Part shown: in pieces, positions 35,553-36,323 of the stretch | Layout: every line of letters begins with the position of its first letter | How positions within the stretch are numbered: position 1 is the first letter of the stretch | The notes under the pieces: model-generated | Database searches by the model: none | What the model saw: the letters and a program-made list of their open reading frames with translations, nothing else | Told to the model about the DNA's origin: nothing | Translations under genes and position numbers: made by a program | Source: a virus | Taxonomy: Duplodnaviria; Caudoviricetes | Reading direction: 5' to 3' (one strand) | IMG/VR virus record: IMGVR_UViG_3300020043_004017 | Span: 1-36,323 of that record | Length of the DNA: 36,323 nt

Positions 35553-36323
35553 ATGTATGTCAAGTTTTTAATTGGTTTAATAATAGTGGTGGCTACTTTC
35601 CTTTTGCCGTCTGTGGTTTTGGCTTTTGATGTTTGTAGCCCTATAAATCCTAGTGTTCCTTGTTCGGTTTCTGGTATGGATATGGACTCTGTTTTAGGAA
35701 ATAATTATATTAGAGTTTTTTATAATTCAAATTTTACAATTTTATCTAAAGACGGCACGATTATTCAAGGAAATCCTGTTGGTTATGAGGGTTATATCAC
35801 GGCTTCTTCAACAAAAGCATATTTTTATATAGATTACCCTGATTTTCCCAATACTTGGGTTTTTGATGATGGGGGTTTGGAAGGTCAGGGTTCTTATGCG
35901 AATGTTGGTTATATTGATGACTTGCCTTTTGTTGGGGTTTCTGGTTTTTTTCAGGCAGGGGTTGGTTTTATTAATGTTTTAAATTCTAATTTTACTCGCA
36001 TAGATTCTGTTTATCCGGCTAGTGGTTCTACTTCGGCGACTTCTACTGATTTTACTTTTAGTGTTTCGGGTTATATTTCTGGCGATGATTGGACTTCTGG
36101 GGACGCTTTGATTTCTTTAAATTATTATCTTGGAGCTTCTGGCGGTTTGGAGGATGGTTTTACTCCTTTAGGTATGTCTTGGGTTGTAGATGACTCTCTT
36201 TCTGGTTCTTTTGAGTGGGAAAATCCGACCTCTGGGTATTTTTCTTATTCTACTACAACCTCAATTTTATCCGAAGGCAAGTATTCTATGTATGTTAAAA
36301 TTGAGGTTCCGAGATTTTTTGGG
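35553..36323 (+). CDS. Inovirus pIII/attachment-like secreted protein, 3'-truncated (not in ORF track)
   Basis: 257 open codons to window end; signal peptide MYVKFLIGLIIVVATFLLPSVVLA; S/T/G-rich; strong T at codon position 3. Confidence 0.6.
   Translation, partial: MYVKFLIGLIIVVATFLLPSVVLAFDVCSPINPSVPCSVSGMDMDSVLGNNYIRVFYNSNFTILSKDGTIIQGNPVGYEGYITASSTKAYFYIDYPDFPNTWVFDDGGLEGQGSYANVGYIDDLPFVGVSGFFQAGVGFINVLNSNFTRIDSVYPASGSTSATSTDFTFSVSGYISGDDWTSGDALISLNYYLGASGGLEDGFTPLGMSWVVDDSLSGSFEWENPTSGYFSYSTTTSILSEGKYSMYVKIEVPRFFG

Overview
About 1-35.25 kb is most of a Bacteroidota (probably Flavobacterium-like) siphovirus genome. Host inference: TAnnTTTG promoters, A-rich Shine-Dalgarno-less starts, and a VirE_N/BT4734-type primase. 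Order: terminase, HK97-type head, non-contractile tail, tail fibres including an SGNH esterase, lysis genes split by a second fibre module, a minus-strand accessory region, an HTH switch, DNA methyltransferase and PAPS-reductase-like genes, SSB, primase-helicase, SF2 helicase, VRR-NUC and a NUMOD4-HNH gene. No integrase was seen. Near 35.26 kb the sequence switches abruptly to a T-rich inovirus-like segment (pVIII-like then pIII-like gene), which is either a chimera or an insertion. The most unusual signals are non-coding. (1) An integron-like attC cassette array without an integrase (22.75-24.3 kb), whose cassette ends are mutually complementary and whose genes appear inverted. (2) An acidic-protein + HTH operon followed by a CRISPR-like repeat-spacer-repeat unit (acr-aca-racr-like). 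(3) Three sequence-unrelated 5' leaders sharing one pseudoknot/terminator architecture. (4) An H-type pseudoknot before the SSB gene. (5) A possible UGA-readthrough extension of the tail tube protein. All calls come from motif reading by eye; no database searches or folding programs were run.
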